Shown: positions 26,621 through 36,400 of the stretch, piece by piece
How the letters are laid out: every line of letters starts with the position of its first letter
Position numbering within the stretch: position 1 is the stretch's first letter
Assembly: GCA_035703635.1 (NCBI GenBank)
Contig: DASSXV010000011.1
Span: 1-37,140 of the forward strand
DNA: 37,140 bases
Reading direction: 5' to 3'
Origin: Trueperaceae bacterium
Lineage (GTDB): Bacteria > Deinococcota > Deinococci > Deinococcales > Trueperaceae
Program-made: the position numbers and the translations under genes
Notes under the pieces: model-generated
Told to the model about the DNA's origin: nothing
The model's input: only the letters and a program-made list of their open reading frames with translations
The model's database searches: none

Positions 26621-28300
26621 TTAGCTGTCCGCCCGACCGGCATCGGCCGAACCAGCGGCCCGCTCGGTGCTCTCGTCGTCGGACGCCGGCTCGTCGGCGT
26701 CCGCCTCGTCCGCTTCGTAACCCCATTCGTCTGGGGCTAGCTCGAGCGGTACCTCACCGCTCGCCATGCGCTCGAGCAGGTCGTCGAGTTCGTCGCCCTC
26801 GTAATCGGTAACGGTCTCGGCGATGATCGCGAGGGCACGCTCGCCGTCCGCCTCGGGCACGAGCACGTAGCTCGTCTGGGCGCTAGTCGATCCGAGGTGC
26901 GAGAAGACGTCTGCGAGCATGTCGGCGCCGCGCACCAGGGTGACAAGGCCTTCGTCTTCTAGGATCGCGGCCACCATCTCGCCGAGTGGCGCCGCAGGTG
27001 CTACGTCGACGATAGTCCAGCTATCGCCGTTGATCATCACGCTTTTACCCAGCATGTCAGACCCTTTCAAGTTCGCGCGGCCGGCGGCGCCGACCGCCGT
27101 GGAGCTAGGCGCAGGCGCCGAGGTGACTGTTGGAACACCGGCCGCGGCCCCAGGGGCGGTGTGACCCGCGCCGAGGAAGGCAGTGATGAACTCGCGGTAG
27201 GCGGCCCTCGCACCAACCAGGTCGGCGACTGCCACGCTCTCGTTGGTCGTGTGCGCCAGCTCTTCCTCTCCAGGCCCGAACCCTATGACCGGAGCGCCCT
27301 GCTGCGCTAGGTGGGGCGCGTCCGTGCAGAACCACCAGACGCCCTCCGAGAACTGCCGGCCCTGTTCGGCGACGGCCTTACCGAACGCCTTGCGCGCCTG
27401 GTGAACGGCGGCCGCCGTCGAATCGGCTAGGTAGGCCGGCGCGGCGCGCAGCGAGTCCTCAGGGGAACGGCCGTTGGCGGCGCGACCTAGGCCGATGACG
27501 ATGCGGTCGTCATGCGCGATGCTCTGCAGGCGCTCGAGGACGGAGGCCACCGTCTCGCCTGGCAGCGAGCGGTAATCGACGGTGAGGACCGCCTCTCCAG
27601 GCACCACGTTGGTGGCGTCGGCTGGGGAGGACACGAGCCGCGTCGGCGTGGCGCTGGCGCCGCCGAGGACCGGGTCGCTCGGTAGCTCGAGCCCCTCTAG
27701 CGCCAGCAGGTAGCGCGCGGCGTGAGCGAGGGCGTTCTCACCCAATGACGCCTTGGCCGCGTGCGCTATGGCGCCCGGGAACACGACCTCGACGACCATG
27801 CTGCCGCGGTGCCCCAACATCAGTCGCAGTTTCGAGGGTTCACCGAGGACTACGGCGTCGTAACGGAGCGTCTTAGCCAAGTGCCGTGAGCCCGCGCCGC
27901 CGACCTCCTCCTGCACGACGCCGCTAACGATCAGGGTGCCGCTGAACCCGCTTGCGGCGGCGTCTGAGGCGGCGAACACCATGCTGGCGAGGGCGCCCTT
28001 CATGTCGCACGCCCCTCTACCCCACAACCTGCCTTCCGCCACCACGCCAGCTAGGGGCGGGTGGGGCCAGCGGCTGAGATCGCCGACCGGCACGGTGTCG
28101 AGGTGGCCGTTGAGCATGAGCGTCGGCCCGGGACCGCGCCGCATGATGCCGATGGCGTTGCCTACCTCGTCGAGGTAAGCCTCGTCGAACCCGTGCGCCT
28201 CGAAGGCGGCTAGGAGCACGCGCGCGGCTGGCCCCTCTGCACCTGATGGGCTGGGGGCGCGGATGAGCGCGGCGGCGAGTTCGACCAACGGTTCAGTCAC
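26621..28300 (-). CDS. M20-family metallo-hydrolase (ArgE/DapE/YgeY-like) with an in-frame extra C-terminal ~144-aa acidic domain
   Basis: NGHLDTV, GRGACDMKG, QEEVG, GEPS, ELAH. An Ala/Pro/Thr linker leads to a second domain starting at ATG 27055. Confidence 0.88.
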   Translation of the reverse strand: MTEPLVELAAALIRAPSPSGAEGPAARVLLAAFEAHGFDEAYLDEVGNAIGIMRRGPGPTLMLNGHLDTVPVGDLSRWPHPPLAGVVAEGRLWGRGACDMKGALASMVFAASDAAASGFSGTLIVSGVVQEEVGGAGSRHLAKTLRYDAVVLGEPSKLRLMLGHRGSMVVEVVFPGAIAHAAKASLGENALAHAARYLLALEGLELPSDPVLGGASATPTRLVSSPADATNVVPGEAVLTVDYRSLPGETVASVLERLQSIAHDDRIVIGLGRAANGRSPEDSLRAAPAYLADSTAAAVHQARKAFGKAVAEQGRQFSEGVWWFCTDAPHLAQQGAPVIGFGPGEEELAHTTNESVAVADLVGARAAYREFITAFLGAGHTAPGAAAGVPTVTSAPAPSSTAVGAAGRANLKGSDMLGKSVMINGDSWTIVDVAPAAPLGEMVAAILEDEGLVTLVRGADMLADVFSHLGSTSAQTSYVLVPEADGERALAIIAETVTDYEGDELDDLLERMASGEVPLELAPDEWGYEADEADADEPASDDESTERAAGSADAGRADS

Positions 28301-28361
28301 CTCGCCATCTTACGAACTTTCGCAGCGCTGCTCGTTCCCAGGCGCGTATCCTCCCTGTGAG

Positions 28362-29165
28362 ATGACAGAGTCAGCGACCGCGCCAGCGAACTCTCGCTGG
28401 ACCTGCCCGGCCTGCGGGCACGTGATGCTCGCCGGACTAACATGCGACCTGTGCGGGGTGGCGCGCCGCATGACGGACGATCCGCCCCTCGACATCCCCT
28501 ACCGCCCCCGCCTGACGCGCATTCCAGCCTTCTGGCTGAGCATGATGTGGGGCGTGGCAGCGCTCGGCGGCGTCGCCTTGTGGCTGTCGCCAGTCGCCAG
28601 GGGCACGCTAGGTAACGTGTTCCTCGTCGGCGAGATAGTGGCCTCGGGTAGCGCGGCCGTTTCTTCCCTCTTCACGGCCCTGTGGCACCGCCTCTTCAAC
28701 GAGCTCGAGCTCGTCGTGCCCGCGCACGTCAAGACCGGGGAGCCACTAGTACCAGTGGTCAGGCTGGTGCCGTACGAGACGCTCAACAACGTGACGGTCA
28801 AGGTCAAGCTCGTCGACCGCTACTTCCAGAAGTCGCAGGACGGCGTCGAGCGCGCTCAGCGCGAGCTGGCGAGCATCACTCCGTTGAGGCGCGCCCGCCT
28901 GCGTGGCCGGCGCCTCACGAGCCTGAGCGCCGACTTCGTTGCGCCGTTCCCGGATACACCGCACGAGAGCATCCAGGCGGACATCATGGCCGACGTCCTC
29001 GGCCTACTCTCGTTCGCCGTGCCTGCGTTGGCGTGGCAGGCGCGGAACTTGCGTGAGCATGGTGGTTATTACGTGGAGGCCAAGGTGCGCGTTGGTTTCT
29101 TGAGCAGGAAGTACCACAAGCGCGTCATCACCTACTACGTGGGCGGCAGCTTCCACGTTGGGTGA
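28362..29165 (+). CDS. Hypothetical membrane protein with N-terminal zinc ribbon
   Basis: WTCPACG...CDLCG, two hydrophobic helices, beta-rich C-terminal part. Confidence 0.75.
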   Translation: MTESATAPANSRWTCPACGHVMLAGLTCDLCGVARRMTDDPPLDIPYRPRLTRIPAFWLSMMWGVAALGGVALWLSPVARGTLGNVFLVGEIVASGSAAVSSLFTALWHRLFNELELVVPAHVKTGEPLVPVVRLVPYETLNNVTVKVKLVDRYFQKSQDGVERAQRELASITPLRRARLRGRRLTSLSADFVAPFPDTPHESIQADIMADVLGLLSFAVPALAWQARNLREHGGYYVEAKVRVGFLSRKYHKRVITYYVGGSFHVG

Positions 29166-29170
29166 CCAGG

Positions 29171-29485
29171 TCAATCCGGCCCAAGCCAGCGGTAACGGCC
29201 TAGGTCGACGCGGTCGTTCGTGACCACCACTCCCTCCGAACGCAGGAGCGCCACCTGCAACTCGCCGTTGCCGACCTTGTAGGTGGAGATGCCGCCGCTA
29301 GCGTTGATGACGCGCTGCCACGGCACGTCGCCGTCCGCCTCCACAAGGCCGTAGAGCACGGCGCCCACCTGGCGGGCGTGATTGGGCCACCCGGCCATGA
29401 GGGCAACCTCGCCGTAGGTGGTGACCTTGCCTGCAGGAACGGCGCGCACGACAGCGAGAACGGCGTCTCGGAACGTTGAGTCCAT
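29171..29485 (-). CDS. Alkyltransferase-like protein (ATL; MGMT fold with Trp replacing the catalytic Cys)
   Basis: VPAGKVTTYGEVA...ARQVG...VPWQRVIN...Q..LL.SEGV. Confidence 0.92.
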   Translation of the reverse strand: MDSTFRDAVLAVVRAVPAGKVTTYGEVALMAGWPNHARQVGAVLYGLVEADGDVPWQRVINASGGISTYKVGNGELQVALLRSEGVVVTNDRVDLGRYRWLGPD

Positions 29486-29546
29486 GGCAGATGGTACTAC
29501 CGGGCGGTCAGCTCCCCACTTCCGTTATCCTGGCGCAGGAGGCCGC

Positions 29547-29723
29547 GTGTTGGAGACCATCGTTCGCGTCGCGAGTTACTTGTTCCTCGCAGGGGTAGTG
29601 CTGCTGTTCAGTAGTGCGGTGCCTGCGGTCAGGAAGCGGTTGCCTCGCGCTTTCGCGGCCGGGTCGTTCATGGCGCTCGGCAGTTTCGTGCTCGTGCTCG
29701 TGGGGGCGCTGCTCTTCCGCTGA
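29547..29723 (+). CDS. Small 2-TM membrane protein (58 aa)
   Basis: SD AGGAGG before GTG 29547; two hydrophobic helices joined by a basic loop (RKRLPR); directly upstream of miaB. Confidence 0.6.
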   Translation: MLETIVRVASYLFLAGVVLLFSSAVPAVRKRLPRAFAAGSFMALGSFVLVLVGALLFR

Positions 29724-29769
29724 GCGGCCACCGCGCGAGCCGAACCGCACGGCTAGGGAGGTACGCGAG

Positions 29770-31110
29770 TTGCGCGCACACGTGATCACCTTCGGGTGTC
29801 AGATGAACGAGTACGACACGCACACCATTCAGTCCGAACTCGTGGCTGGCGGCCACGAACTAGTGTCCCAGCCGTTGGATGCCGACCTGCTGCTGCTCAA
29901 CACCTGCGCGGTGCGCGGCAAGCCCGTCGAGAAAGTCATCAGCCTGCTCGGCGACCTACGCAAGCAAAGGGCAGCAGGCCGTGAGGTCACACTCGGGCTC
30001 ATGGGTTGCTTGGCGCAGCTCGACGAAGGGCGCGACCTCGCCGAGAAGTACGGCGTCGACCTGCTCGTCGGACCTGGCGCCATCACCGACCTGGTCGCTG
30101 CCGTCGCCGAGCTCGAGGAACGGAGGGGCGCTGGCATCGTCGAGCGGCTCCGCTTCGACCCGGAGCTTCACGACCTCCTGCCTCCTCCGCCGACCGGTTT
30201 GTCTGGCTTCCTCACCATCATGCGCGGCTGCGATCACCACTGCACCTATTGCATCGTGCCTGACACACGCGGCCCGGAAGTGTCACGCCCCGTCGAGAGC
30301 GTGCTGCGCGAGGCGAGCGTCATGCGCGCTGCTGGCGTCCTGGAAGTCACGCTGCTAGGTCAGAACGTCAACTCTTACGGGCTGGCGGACCCGAGCCTGC
30401 CGCGCTTCCCCGCCCTGCTGCGCATGGTTGCCGACCTTGGCTTCCCGCGCGTCAAGTTCACGACCAGCCATCCGATGAACTTGACGAGTGACCTCATCGA
30501 CGTGATCGCGGAACACCCGAACGTCTGCAACTTCATCCACCTGCCCATGCAGTCAGGTTCCGACCGCGTCCTCAGGCGCATGGCGCGCGAGTACCGCATC
30601 GAGCGCTATCTCGAGATCGTGAGGGAGGTCCGCGCGAAGATCCCAGGCGTCGTCATCTCCACCGACATCATCGTCGGCTTCCCAGGCGAGACCGAGGAGG
30701 ACTTCCAGGCGACGCTGGCGGCTGCAGCCGAGGCGGGTTTCGAGCAAGCGTTCATGTTCATGTACTCGGCGCGGCCGGGCACCCCGAGTTACAAGCACTT
30801 CGAGGACATGCCTCGGCCCCTAAAGGTCGAGCGCCTACAACGCCTGATCGAGGAGCAGAAGGCGCGGAGCCTGCGCGCCAACGAACTCTTGGTCGGCACA
30901 CAGTTGCGGGTTCTAGTCAACGACCTCAGTCGCGACTCGCGTCATGCCGTCGGCCACTCGGATCAGAACCACACGGTGCTCGTGCCCGCCGAGACCGTGC
31001 ACAGCATGGGCGTCGTGCAGGTGACCGTCACCAGCGCCACCCCACATGCGCTCTACGGCGAGTTGGAGGGCGGGGCGCATGGAGGCATCGAACTCGTGAT
31101 GGCGTCGTGA
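29770..31110 (+). CDS. miaB: tRNA-i6A37 methylthiotransferase MiaB
   Basis: TFGCQMN, NTCAVR, GCLAQ, radical-SAM CDHHCTYC, LLGQNVNSY, FTTSHP, C-terminal TRAM; SD GGAGG before TTG. Confidence 0.96.
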   Translation: MRAHVITFGCQMNEYDTHTIQSELVAGGHELVSQPLDADLLLLNTCAVRGKPVEKVISLLGDLRKQRAAGREVTLGLMGCLAQLDEGRDLAEKYGVDLLVGPGAITDLVAAVAELEERRGAGIVERLRFDPELHDLLPPPPTGLSGFLTIMRGCDHHCTYCIVPDTRGPEVSRPVESVLREASVMRAAGVLEVTLLGQNVNSYGLADPSLPRFPALLRMVADLGFPRVKFTTSHPMNLTSDLIDVIAEHPNVCNFIHLPMQSGSDRVLRRMAREYRIERYLEIVREVRAKIPGVVISTDIIVGFPGETEEDFQATLAAAAEAGFEQAFMFMYSARPGTPSYKHFEDMPRPLKVERLQRLIEEQKARSLRANELLVGTQLRVLVNDLSRDSRHAVGHSDQNHTVLVPAETVHSMGVVQVTVTSATPHALYGELEGGAHGGIELVMAS

Positions 31111-31538
31111 CTCGCGACCTGGCGGTCAGCGTGTTCGTCTCCTGGCGCGGTCGCGTGCTGCTGCACAAGCACCGCAAGCTGGGGCTGTGGTTGCCGCCTG
31201 GCGGTCACGTCGAGCCGAACGAGCTCCCGGACGACGCCGCCGTGCGCGAGGTGTTGGAAGAGACGGGCGTGGTGGTCGAGCTGTTCGGTCCACCGCCCTT
31301 CACAGCGTCGGGGCCGCGGCAACTCACGCGTCCGCGCGGGGTGCAGCTCGAGAGCATCGAGCCGAACCACGAGCACGTCGACCTCGTCTACCTCGCTCGC
31401 CCCACCGAACCGTACGGCGGCGAACTGCTTGAGGGCGAGGAGGGACTGGGCTGGTACGACGAGCCAAGCGCGACCGCCCTCGGCCTGACGCCAGAGCTGA
31501 GCGCCTGGGTTGCCCTCACCCTCAGCGAGTTGCCTTGA
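31107..31538 (+). CDS. NUDIX hydrolase
   Basis: HRKLGLWLPPGGHVEPNELPDDAAVREVLEETG; 4-nt overlap with miaB. Confidence 0.92.
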   Translation: MTRDLAVSVFVSWRGRVLLHKHRKLGLWLPPGGHVEPNELPDDAAVREVLEETGVVVELFGPPPFTASGPRQLTRPRGVQLESIEPNHEHVDLVYLARPTEPYGGELLEGEEGLGWYDEPSATALGLTPELSAWVALTLSELP

Positions 31539-32103
31539 CGTCGTAAGCCCCACTGATCATGGCTAGCCAGTCCTCTGCTTCGGCGGCCGAGCGCAGGCGC
31601 ACGACCGTCAACTCTGGGCGTTCCTCGAGGACTCGGGCCACGCGCGTGGCAGTGCTAGAGTGCGTGCGCCACGCCCACCGGATGATGTGATCTCGGTCGA
31701 CGAAAATGCGCCACAGCCCGCGCTCTCGATTACCGTTCCACAACTCCTCACGCAGCAGGCGCCGCCAAAGGGTTCTCGAGATCACGCGCCGCATGACGAG
31801 GTCACGTGGGTAATCGAGCCACACCATGAGATCGGCGTTGGCGACTAGCAGCGGCCGCACCTGGTGGTACTGCCACTCCGTAACCCAACGCGGTTGGGCG
31901 ACCAAGCGTTCGACGTCCGCGACGAACTCGCTGCGTGGCTGCCAGGCTGGCCCGTGGAAGAGAGCGTCTATCTCGGTGTGCACGAGCTCGAATGCCGCAG
32001 CCAACCGCCTAGCCAGCGTGGTCTTGCCTGCCCCGCTAGTGCCCGCCACGAGCACGCGTTCAGGCCGCAGCGGCAGTTGGTCATCGGAGCCAAGTAACGG
32101 CAC
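31522..32103 (-). CDS. Adenylate-kinase-like P-loop protein (topology-modulation/FlaR-like)
   Basis: RVLVAGTSGAGKTT, IDALFHGPAW, ADLMVWLD, ELWNGNRE; TAGGCT 7 nt before GTG 32103. Confidence 0.85.
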   Translation of the reverse strand: MPLLGSDDQLPLRPERVLVAGTSGAGKTTLARRLAAAFELVHTEIDALFHGPAWQPRSEFVADVERLVAQPRWVTEWQYHQVRPLLVANADLMVWLDYPRDLVMRRVISRTLWRRLLREELWNGNRERGLWRIFVDRDHIIRWAWRTHSSTATRVARVLEERPELTVVRLRSAAEAEDWLAMISGAYDVKATR

Positions 32104-32228
32104 GGCGCCAAGCCTACCCCCTTGCCAACGGCATAGACACCACCCGCGTAGCGCACTCGCCGCGCAACCATGTATACTCCCTCCGCTGCCACTAGCACCG
32201 CTTGTGTTGGGGGCCATGCCGCTCTCGT

Positions 32229-32305
32229 CGGGGCGTAGCGCAGTTTGGTAGCGCACCTGGTTTGGGACCAGGGGGTCGCTGGTTCGAATCCGGCCGCCCC
32301 GACCA
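32229..32305 (+). tRNA. tRNA-Pro(TGG)
   Basis: Anticodon arm CCTGG-TTTGGGA-CCAGG, GTTCGAATC, CCA. Confidence 0.97.
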
Positions 32306-32359
32306 CGAACTTCAGCAGGCCCTCAGCCACTAGGTGGCGAGGGCCGCTCGAAGCACCAG

Positions 32360-32435
32360 GCGGGAGTAGCTCAGTTGGTAGAGCGACAGCCTTCCAAGCT
32401 GTATGTCGCGGGTTCGAATCCCGTCTCCCGCTCCA
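32360..32435 (+). tRNA. tRNA-Gly(TCC)
   Basis: ACAGC-CTTCCAA-GCTGT, GTTCGAATC, TCCA end. Confidence 0.97.
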
Positions 32436-32520
32436 TTACCTTGGCTTCAGGCAGACCGGCGCGCATTCAATGGCCTTCGGGGCGGAGGCGTGCACGCCTG
32501 GCAAACTAGGACGCTGGCGC

Positions 32521-32596
32521 GCACCAGTAGCTCAGTGGATAGAGCAGCCGCCTTCTAAGCGGTAGGTCGAGGGTTCAAGTCCTTCCTGGTGCACCA
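32521..32596 (+). tRNA. tRNA-Arg(TCT)
   Basis: GCCGC-CTTCTAA-GCGGT, GTTCAAGTC, ACCA end. Confidence 0.97.
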
Positions 32597-32849
32597 CTTT
32601 GTTCGTCTAGTCTGAAGTTCCAAGCGGTCGAAGCAATTTACCCAGCCAGTTATCTCGTGCCTGACGGCGGTGCGGGTATTCGTGCCGCGTGGCCACGCTC
32701 ATCAGCGTCCTGACCAGCTACCTCTTCGGCACGCCCAACAACGACGACCGCGGGCCCGAGGCGCTCAGGCTGCTGCGGGGCGCGCACCGCGCCGTGTTGG
32801 TCCGGGGCCGCGTGCTCGGACAGGCGAGAGCGTGCGGCCCCGGGATGCG

Positions 32850-33332
32850 TCAAGCGATCACATTGAGGCAGATCATCGGCACAACGGCCCACACTCCACC
32901 AGAGGCAGCGACCGCCGAACCGTGATCTTGGTACGAAACGCAGTTGGCTTCGTACCGCAATCCAACCAACAACTGCTGGGCGCCGGGTTGGTGCGCTGCG
33001 GCCCCCAGCTGCTGTGTCGCGCGGAGCCGGGCCAGTTCGGCAGCCGCTCTGTCTCTAGCGGCTTGCCTTACCTCAGCCCGCAGGTCGACCATCTCCCGCT
33101 TGACGTTCAAGGCTTCGTCGGGGACGGGAGCCGCTGCCATGCGCATGGCGTCGCGCGCGGTGGCCGGCTTCTGATCGAGGGGAGGAGTGTGCGCGATCGC
33201 GGGAGGCGCCGAACCGAATGTCGCGCCCGGATCGAGGAACTGGCAACCCACCGCCCCATGTGTGACCCCCAGGGTGAGCAGAGCAATCGCCGCCGCAACT
33301 ACACGTGCTAGTCTGCTTCGGAACTTGATCAT
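32850..33332 (-). CDS. Hypothetical secreted protein (160 aa)
   Basis: SD AGGAGG, basic-then-hydrophobic signal peptide, central coiled-coil-like helix, three Cys. Confidence 0.65.
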   Translation of the reverse strand: MIKFRSRLARVVAAAIALLTLGVTHGAVGCQFLDPGATFGSAPPAIAHTPPLDQKPATARDAMRMAAAPVPDEALNVKREMVDLRAEVRQAARDRAAAELARLRATQQLGAAAHQPGAQQLLVGLRYEANCVSYQDHGSAVAASGGVWAVVPMICLNVIA

Positions 33333-33379
33333 GCGAACTTCCCTCCTCCTGAGACCCGGTCAACCGGGGCTTCACGAGC

Positions 33380-33454
33380 AGGTTAGTGAGGGGGCGGTTA
33401 ACGCCTCCTAAGTGGCATGAGGGCTTGACTAAACGCGTCCTAAACAGCGGCTAA
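33380..33454 (-). promoter_or_regulatory. Helically phased TTAG direct repeats plus -10 box upstream of the secreted-protein gene
   Basis: CTAA on + at 33408, 33429, 33440, 33451 (spacings 21, 11, 11); TTAA at 33398; minus-strand TAACCT at 33385-33380. Confidence 0.5.
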
Positions 33455-36400
33455 TCGGAGCGTCCTCGCACGTTCATCGCCGCGGCCAGCTTGGCCCGCA
33501 CGTCACGCGCCAGTGCTGAAACGATCGGCACGAGTTCGGTAGGCGGTACATGTAACCACCCGCCCACGACCGCCTCCGTTGCGGGTGGACGATCAGGCGG
33601 CAACATGGCGGCCGCTCGGCGCCGCACGTAGAAGCGGCTGGCGACGTGGCGCGCCGCGAGCTCGAGGCCGGGTAGTGGGCACAGGTCGGGGCTCAGGGCG
33701 CGCGCGGCGGTAATAGCTTCAAGGGCCAGTGGGATGAACGTGTAGGTTAGGGCGTCGTCGAGAACTGACCCGAGGCACTCGAGGGCCACAGCCCGCTGTA
33801 GCGTTGCCTCGACCTCATCGCTCGTGGCGGCCGCGGCAGCACTCGTCACGCGAGCCAGTTCGGCCGTGAAGAGTTGCTCCACCGCGCGCTCGTGCAGGCG
33901 CGCCCTGACGGCGTATCCGTAGCCCCGCAAGGTTATGAGCGTGGCGAGGTGCCCCTCCGCCGCCGCCGCGTTGCCCGCCTCAAGCGCCAGGCGGACCAAG
34001 ACCTCTCGGCAGAGGCGATCAGTGGGCGCCCGCTCCGCCACCGCGCAAGCCGCCTCCGGCTCCCCGCGGGCGTCGAGGAGCAGCGCCTCGACCAACTCGA
34101 TCGGTGGGAACAGGCCCTGATCGGGATAGTTGTGCGTGTCTCGCTCCTCGATAAGCCGGTACGCTTGGGCCAGCCGCGCCGCGGCGCCCTCCAGATCACC
34201 CAGGTTGAGCAGGTCGTGGGCCTGCCGCACGTAGAAGCGCTCGAGGTAATCGTCTCGGCCCCCCTCGCTCTCCTCCAACTTGATGGCTTCCTCCAGGCGG
34301 GCCACTGCGGTAACACTGTCACCGTAGGCGTAATGCGCCTCGCCTGCCTCGTTCGCCAGGCAGACGGCGAGCTGGGCCGTTGCTCCTCTCTCCACGCAGA
34401 CGTCGTGAGCGCGCTGCGCCAACTCCTCGTGCTGAGACGCCAGCGCCGTGACGAGGGAGAGGTTGCTGCAGGCCGCCCCGAGCAGCTCCTCGTCGTCGCG
34501 CAACTCCAGAAGCGGGATGGCGGCGTTCCAGTGGCGCCGCGCGAGTTCGGTGTCGCCCTGGAATGCGGCCACCAAGCCGAGGTGGTGATAGAGCTGGCCG
34601 AGCCCGTCCTTGCGCCCAAGGTCGACGTGGATGGCGAGAGCCTCGCCGAGCAGCCGCTGAGCGCTCACGGGATCCGACCAGCCCGCGATGGCGGCGCGCC
34701 ACCGCAGCACCCTCGCCCTCAGCATGGAGCCGCTCGCGGCTACGCCGTCGGCCAGTTCGAGCAGCCTGTTGAGTTCGCTGGTGCGGCCGCGCAGGAGCAG
34801 GAACCTCGACGTCATGAATACGGCTTGCTCGATGAGGTCGGTTCTACCGGCGCTCGTCGCCCACTGCCAGGCGGCTTGCAGGTTGAGGAAGTCGGTGCCG
34901 AGTTCCTCAAGCGCTTGGCGTTGGCCGGAACGCTGGTCGGCCGGGCGCTTGGAGGCGAACCACGACGTGTAGTGAACGGCGTGCCGCTCTCGCCACTGCT
35001 CGACCTCAAGCCGGTAGCCGTCGAGCTTCTCCGCCGCGTACTGCTGCACGAGCGGGTGCAGCTCGAAACGGTTGCCGTTACGCCTGAGCAGCGAGCGCTC
35101 CAGAAGGGTGTTCAGCAACTTGAGGTCTAGCCCAAGTACCCGGCCGGCCGCCGAGCGGGTGAAGCCGCCCCGGAACAACGCGCAACCCGCCAGCGCCGCA
35201 CGCTCGTCGGCGGTCAACCTCGACCAGGAGTTGTCGAATATCGCCCTAACGCTGTGGTGGCGCTCCGGCATGGCGCCCTGCCCGTTACCAAGCACGTCGA
35301 GGGTCAGCTGCATCTCGCTTAGGAGCTCGCTGGTGGGCAACACCCTCGAGAGGGATGCCGCCAGTTCGATCCCGAGCGGCGATCCTGCGACGAGCTCGCA
35401 GATGCGCCGCACGCTGACGATGTCGACTGGGCCCGGCTCGAAGGTCGAATCGTAGCGCCTTGCCGTCAGGAGGTACAGGGCGACTGCATCGCTCGGCGAT
35501 CCGATACCTGGCCCGTCACCACCCAGGTTGAGCCCGGTCAACTGGAACTGTGTCTCCGCCACCGAACCGAGCGGCAGGCGCGAGGTGATCACCACGTCAA
35601 GCAACGCCGAACCGTTGAGCAGCTCCTCGATCTGATCGCGCAGCGAAGCGGTGGGGTCGAGGTCGTCGATGACCAGCAAGACCTTGCCATCGCCCTCGCC
35701 TTCAGCCCTGTCCGACGCGCGGCGGCCGCGGTTCGGCCCGGGCAGCGCATCGGCCGCCAGCGCCGCGAACTGGTCGTCCACCTTGGCGCCGCCAAGAGAG
35801 ATGAAGAGGACCTGCCGGTACCGGCCAGCCGCGGTGAGGCGCCGCGCGAGCTCCACTGCCAATCTGGTCTTGCCGATGCCGCCAAGTCCAGTGATCGTCA
35901 CGAGGCGCGCGTCCGCCTCGAACAAGGCCTGCAGCGAAGCCAACTCGCCGTCACGACCAAGGAACGGCGTGAAGTTGGTTGGGAGCGAGCGCAGAACCGC
36001 GTTCTCCCGCTGCGCCTTCCGCACGGGCAGCGCAACGCCGAGCGCATCGGCTTCCTTGCGCAACGCGCCGAGGCGCGGACTGTCGACCTCGGCCAGCAGC
36101 GCATGCAGGCGCCCGAGTCGCAGCGGGTCGCCGCCGCCGTCAGGCGCCAACCTGACGGCGCGCTCCGCTAGGCTACTCACCTCAGGCAAGTCGGCTCGCG
36201 CGAGCGCCCGCTCGGCGAGTTCCATCAACACGGCCTGGGCCGACAGTGCGAACAACTCGCGCGTGGCGAAGAGCCATTCCTCGAGCTCGATGTTTCCGGA
36301 CTCCACGTCCACTCCCGCCAGGAACGCACCTTCGTAAAGCCCTAAGGCCCGCTCCCATTCGCCGTTGGCGGTGGCCGCCCTGAACTGCTCGGCGTCACAA

